A stretch of DNA of 64,000 bases from Promethearchaeota archaeon. GTDB lineage: Archaea > Asgardarchaeota > Lokiarchaeia > Sigyniarchaeales > SOKP01. Where the stretch lies: assembly GCA_016840085.1 (NCBI GenBank), contig JAEOTA010000081.1:64001-128000 (forward strand), read 5' to 3'. Made by a program: the position numbers and the translations under genes. Below the pieces are notes generated by a model. That model worked only from the letters and a program-made list of their open reading frames with translations. It had not been told where the DNA came from and ran no database searches. Shown in pieces: positions 59,838-64,000 of this stretch (the first letter of the stretch is position 1; the number at the start of each line of letters is the position of its first letter).

Positions 59838-61046
59838 ATGAAAATTGCTGTAATAACAAATCACATACCTTCTAAATGGGCACATAGTATAAACACCATG
59901 AAAATTGCTGAAGGTTTATACAGATTAGGTCATTTAATTGAAGTTTTAGTTGTTCAGAGAGCAAAAGAAGATCTCAATAGGTTAATCATTAAAGATATTC
60001 ATAATTTTTATGGAATCAATAAAAAAATTAAAATAAAATTTTTTAGAGATTATTCCATTAATTATTTTAAAGAAATTAGATACACTGGACCAATTTTAAA
60101 TAAATTATTTGATCTTTTTGCTAGAATTATACCTAAATTAGCGGTTCGTCTTGATCCTGAAAAGAGAATTAGTAAATATTGTAAAAAAAGTGATTTTGAT
60201 TTAACTTTTTGTCGTTCAGCTTATCACACAGTTTATTATAACGTTATTAATGAAATCCCTACAATACTCGATTTACATGGATATCTCATTCCTGAATTAA
60301 TTCATATTGTAAAATTAACAAATAGTAAATATTTTAAGGGAATAATGACGTTAAATGAATTTCTGAAACAAAAACTTATACAAATTGGTTTTCATGCTGA
60401 AAAAATTGTATTTATGGAAAATGCAGTTGATATAGACAAGTTTGATAGAATTACAAATGACAAGAAAAAGCTTAGGAAAAAACTAAATTTACCCTTAAAC
60501 AAGATAATAATTTTATATTCAGGAATTATATCTGATGACAGAGGAATTGATATTATATTAAATGCTTCTAATTATTTGGATGCTGAAAATATTTCATTTT
60601 ATTTTTTAGGAGTTGGTAAGAGAAAAAATTCAATTAAAAAATGGAAAAATTATATAAAAAGAAATAAAATAGAATCAAACGTTAATTTTTTAGGGTTTAA
60701 ACCAAGAATATTTATTCCATTTTATCTAAAAGCAGCAGATATTCTATTAGCAACATATTCGGCACATTGTATAATTAAAAATTATACATCGCCAGTTAAA
60801 CTTATTGAATATAGGGCTTCAAAAATACCTATAATTGTTACAGAAATAGGAAGGCTTAAAAAATTATGCAATAAAAATGAGTGTTTATTCATTAAAGTGG
60901 ATGATCCGAAAGATTTAAGTGAAAAGATTGAAATCTTACTTACAAATATCGAACTAAGAGATATGATAATTGAAAATGCTTATAATAAAGCAAAGAGATT
61001 TATTCTAGAAAAAAGATCTCAAAAAATTCTTGAATTGTTAAGATAA
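59838..61046 (+). CDS. GT4 glycosyltransferase
   Basis: AHSINTMK, NAVD, RGID and TSPVKLIEY motifs. Confidence 0.88.
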   Translation: MKIAVITNHIPSKWAHSINTMKIAEGLYRLGHLIEVLVVQRAKEDLNRLIIKDIHNFYGINKKIKIKFFRDYSINYFKEIRYTGPILNKLFDLFARIIPKLAVRLDPEKRISKYCKKSDFDLTFCRSAYHTVYYNVINEIPTILDLHGYLIPELIHIVKLTNSKYFKGIMTLNEFLKQKLIQIGFHAEKIVFMENAVDIDKFDRITNDKKKLRKKLNLPLNKIIILYSGIISDDRGIDIILNASNYLDAENISFYFLGVGKRKNSIKKWKNYIKRNKIESNVNFLGFKPRIFIPFYLKAADILLATYSAHCIIKNYTSPVKLIEYRASKIPIIVTEIGRLKKLCNKNECLFIKVDDPKDLSEKIEILLTNIELRDMIIENAYNKAKRFILEKRSQKILELLR

Positions 61047-61059
61047 TCAAACAAAAGAT

Positions 61060-62427
61060 ATGAGTGGTTTTCCAATGAAACAATCTATGAATGCTCAATA
61101 TTTTATAAATATTCTAAATAACATATTTGCTAAAATAGAATTTTGTATTTTCAATCTGAAAGATAGATTTCCAAATATTGGAAGATTATTAGCATTTGGA
61201 TGGCATATTGTTTATAGAATTAAAATCAAAATAGAAAAAAAAGCTATACAAATAAAAGCTAAAATACAATATGGTAATGATATATTTGATTTTGATAAAA
61301 TCTATTGGATAAATCCTCATAAAATAAAAAATTATATAACAGTTAAACTCGATAAGCGGGATAATTATTCTAGAATAATAAGTGGTAATTGGGATCGATC
61401 AATAAAGACTTTTGAAGAATTATCAGTTTATAAAGCATTTATAAAAAGATTTAAAGAAGGAAAAAAATGGGAAGAAACTCAATTTTATAATCGCGTACTA
61501 AATGAAGTGATTAGCAGTAAAGAGAAATGGGGTTGTAACAATAAGCAAGCATTAGATGCTAGGTTTAGGGGATTAGATTTATTATATAAGGAGATTAAAA
61601 AAAATGGTTATAAATCACAAAAAGAGATATATTCTTCTAAACGATTATTTGAAAAATTAGAAAAACATGTTATTGATAATGAGGTTGCTATAGCGATTGG
61701 CAGAGGCGGGCAAATTTTATTTGTAGATGGAAGACACAGGCTCTCAATTGCTAAAATGCTCAATATCCCCAAAATTCCAGTTATGATTGCTACAAGACAT
61801 AAAAAATGGATAGATTTTAAGAAAGAATTATATTATTTTTCTAAAAGTCGTCAATCCGAAAAGCTTTATCAAACCCTTACTCATCCTGACCTTCAAGATA
61901 TTCCTTTTCTTCATGGAGATACCCGTTATAATATGATAAAAGAAAATATCTCTCATTCTAAAGGGACTCTTCTTGATATTGGAGCAAACTTAGGATATTT
62001 TTGTCATAAATTTGAGGATGATGGATTTGATTGTTTTGCAGTTGAAAATAATCCTATTTATAAGTATTTTTTAAGAAAATTAAAAAAATCAGAAGAGAAA
62101 AAGTTTAAGATAATTTCAGAATCCATTTTTGATTATAAAAAAGATCAAGACTTAAACTTTGATGTTGTATTGGCTTTAAATATATTTCATCACTTCTTAA
62201 AGACAAAAGAAAATTATATTAATTTAATTAATCTATTAAAAAGAATTAAAACTAATGAGTTTTTTTTTGGAGCACATTTACCAAAGCAACTTCAAAAGAT
62301 AAATGCTTATCGAAATTATAATCCAGATGAGTTTGTAGATATTATAATCAATAATTCCTGTTTAAACAAATCGAAATTACTTGGTAAAACCAGCGATGGG
62401 AGATCACTTTTTAAACTCTCAAAATAA
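61060..62427 (+). CDS. ParB/sulfiredoxin-like domain fused to a class I SAM-dependent methyltransferase
   Basis: FVDGRHRLSIAKML..PKIPV in the N-terminal half; LLDIGANLGYF and FDVVLALNIFHH in the C-terminal half. Confidence 0.78.
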   Translation: MSGFPMKQSMNAQYFINILNNIFAKIEFCIFNLKDRFPNIGRLLAFGWHIVYRIKIKIEKKAIQIKAKIQYGNDIFDFDKIYWINPHKIKNYITVKLDKRDNYSRIISGNWDRSIKTFEELSVYKAFIKRFKEGKKWEETQFYNRVLNEVISSKEKWGCNNKQALDARFRGLDLLYKEIKKNGYKSQKEIYSSKRLFEKLEKHVIDNEVAIAIGRGGQILFVDGRHRLSIAKMLNIPKIPVMIATRHKKWIDFKKELYYFSKSRQSEKLYQTLTHPDLQDIPFLHGDTRYNMIKENISHSKGTLLDIGANLGYFCHKFEDDGFDCFAVENNPIYKYFLRKLKKSEEKKFKIISESIFDYKKDQDLNFDVVLALNIFHHFLKTKENYINLINLLKRIKTNEFFFGAHLPKQLQKINAYRNYNPDEFVDIIINNSCLNKSKLLGKTSDGRSLFKLSK

Positions 62428-62611
62428 GATATTTTATTAAAAAACTCTATATGCAAAAGCCCTTACGAGTTTTTTAAAATATAAATAATTTTATGCGAAT
62501 TTTCTCTTAAGGGTAAAAATTTTCATGCAATTTCCCCCAAAAGAAAAGAAATTAAAAGTTTTAGAAGTAGGGAGTGATCTTGAATTTGAAAAAAAAATTA
62601 GATTAATAATA

Positions 62612-62662
62612 ATGGAACATTAGTTATAAATTCACATTACTTGAAGATTTAAGAATACCATA
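62612..62662 (+). repeat. 51-bp direct repeat, copy 1
   Basis: atggaacattagttataaattcacattacttgaagatttaagaataccata; 47/51 identical to 63793-63843. Confidence 0.85.
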
Positions 62663-62725
62663 TTTTTTATTTATTAGTATTAAAGAGTACTAGGGTTTTA
62701 CTTATAATTGAAATAAAAAATAAAT

Positions 62726-63577
62726 TTATTTTTTTAAAAAATAAAACCTTTCATTAGCATTCAATCCGAATTTTTTTATATTTTTTGGTCCTAAATTTTT
62801 AGCATAATCTATAACCCTGACATGAAATCCAACTTTTTCAACCCTTTGTTTAAAATCAAGTCCATATATTCTTACATGATCTTCACGCCCAAAATGAAGT
62901 AAACGATCTTTTGGTTTTAGTATTTTTTGAATTTCATATGTCTTTTTTCTCTCTCTATTTAATGGTATTTGTATTATTCCCCATCCTTTTGTTTTTAATA
63001 CTCTATATAATTCTTTCAAAGCTAAATGATCATCTTTTATATGCTCTAATACGTGAGAACATATTATTACATCAAAAATATTATTCTTAAAGCTGAGGTT
63101 AGTAATATCATTTCGAATTAAAATATTAGAAGAATTAAGATTTGTAGTAATATATCTGATATTGTTATGGTTTCTAAATAAATTTTTTAAACTACTATTT
63201 GGAGTAAAATGCAATAATTTTATATTTCTTGAAAAAAAAGTAGTTTTTGTTTTAAGAAAAATAATTAGAAGTCTATGCCTTTCCAAAGATCCACATATTG
63301 GGCATAATGCTGATTTTCTCATTTTGAAACCATAAGAGTTAAATTTTCTTAAATATCTTCCACAACACGAGCATAAATTTGATTTACCACTCCAAAAATT
63401 AATCTTAATTTTATAGTAGATTATATTAATTAATTTATAAAACCAGCTATTCAGAAAAATAAATTTATAAGATAGATGTAATTTAAATAAGTCTTTAATC
63501 TTCTTAAAGATGGTAATCATTAAATCAATTAAATTGATACGTTTGTTTTTTATTCCTATTTCTTTTAACCCATTCAT
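62726..63577 (-). CDS. Class I SAM-dependent methyltransferase with N-terminal Zn-ribbon
   Basis: CSCC...CPICGSLERHR, FDVIICSHVLEHI and FGREDHVR motifs. Confidence 0.85.
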   Translation of the reverse strand: MNGLKEIGIKNKRINLIDLMITIFKKIKDLFKLHLSYKFIFLNSWFYKLINIIYYKIKINFWSGKSNLCSCCGRYLRKFNSYGFKMRKSALCPICGSLERHRLLIIFLKTKTTFFSRNIKLLHFTPNSSLKNLFRNHNNIRYITTNLNSSNILIRNDITNLSFKNNIFDVIICSHVLEHIKDDHLALKELYRVLKTKGWGIIQIPLNRERKKTYEIQKILKPKDRLLHFGREDHVRIYGLDFKQRVEKVGFHVRVIDYAKNLGPKNIKKFGLNANERFYFLKK

Positions 63578-63792
63578 ATAATCTTTTAAAAATTCAGTGC
63601 ATTAATATTAAAAAATAATTTAAAATTTTAATTTTATATTAAAATATAAATTTGTTAATTTAGATTTTTCATGTGAAAAAATTATAGATATTAAAATTAT
63701 TTTCTCTCTAGTCAAACTTATTTAATATTTAACTTCATTACCTTTTATATTCATTATTTGGATTATAAAGATTAAAATTTCGAGTAATAAAT

Positions 63793-63843
63793 ATGGAAAA
63801 TTAGTCATAAATTCACATTACTTAAAGATTTAAGAATAACATA
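63793..63843 (+). repeat. 51-bp direct repeat, copy 2
   Basis: atggaaaattagtcataaattcacattacttaaagatttaagaataacata. Confidence 0.85.
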
Positions 63844-63941
63844 GTTCTTCATTAAAAATATGAATGTAAAAAAAGATTTGAATTGATTAATGATATTTAA
63901 TTTAATTGTATATCAATTAATTATTCTTTTAGGGAAAATAA

Positions 63942-64000
63942 ATGATTAAAGCTTTAATGATGCCTGATTTTCGAGGATTGAATTACTATCAGGATTTACT
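63942..64000 (+). CDS. Start of a probable GT4 glycosyltransferase, runs off the right edge
   Basis: Reads MIKALMMPDFRGLNYYQDLL, resembling the N-P/Y-Y-Q-x-L-L N-termini of GT-B enzymes; only 19 codons visible. Confidence 0.45.
   Translation, partial: MIKALMMPDFRGLNYYQDL

Noticed and set aside
61060-62427. Chromosome-partition ParB or DNA methyltransferase
   Set aside because: No ParA, HTH or DPPY/PC motif; the MTase looks like a small-molecule or glycan type.
25351-63843. CRISPR array or integron built from the repeated motifs
   Set aside because: Copies are few and irregularly spaced, and there is no cas or tyrosine-recombinase gene in the window.

Overview
AT-rich archaeal DNA, most likely from an Asgard archaeon (Lokiarchaeia/Promethearchaeota-like). 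This is inferred from a Rab-like GTPase, a longin+GTPase fusion next to a roadblock gene, and an archaeal UPF0280 gene. Bases 1-11 kb are housekeeping and eukaryote-signature genes: a MIT/TPR-like repeat protein, a corrinoid activator, aspartate kinase, a PHP protein, an MFS transporter and small GTPases. From about 11 kb to the window end is a >50 kb surface-glycan island. Its core is a complete 2-hydroxyethylphosphonate (HEP) pathway (PEP mutase, phosphonopyruvate decarboxylase, Fe-ADH reductase). Around it are four nucleotidyltransferase domains, a GlpT/UhpT-type transporter, an alkaline-phosphatase-superfamily enzyme, a CDP-alcohol phosphotransferase and a TagF-like transferase. The island also has duplicated GT-C/flippase/GT2 sets, many GT4s, a pyruvyltransferase-FrhB pair, a ParB/Srx-methyltransferase fusion and a formyltransferase-like/propeller fusion. 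It shows heavy turnover: an ISH3-like IS remnant, several pseudogenes and chimeras, a recurring intergenic inverted-repeat motif, and a gene flanked by 51-bp direct repeats. No rRNA, tRNA or CRISPR array was seen. All family calls come from motif recognition by eye; no database search was run.
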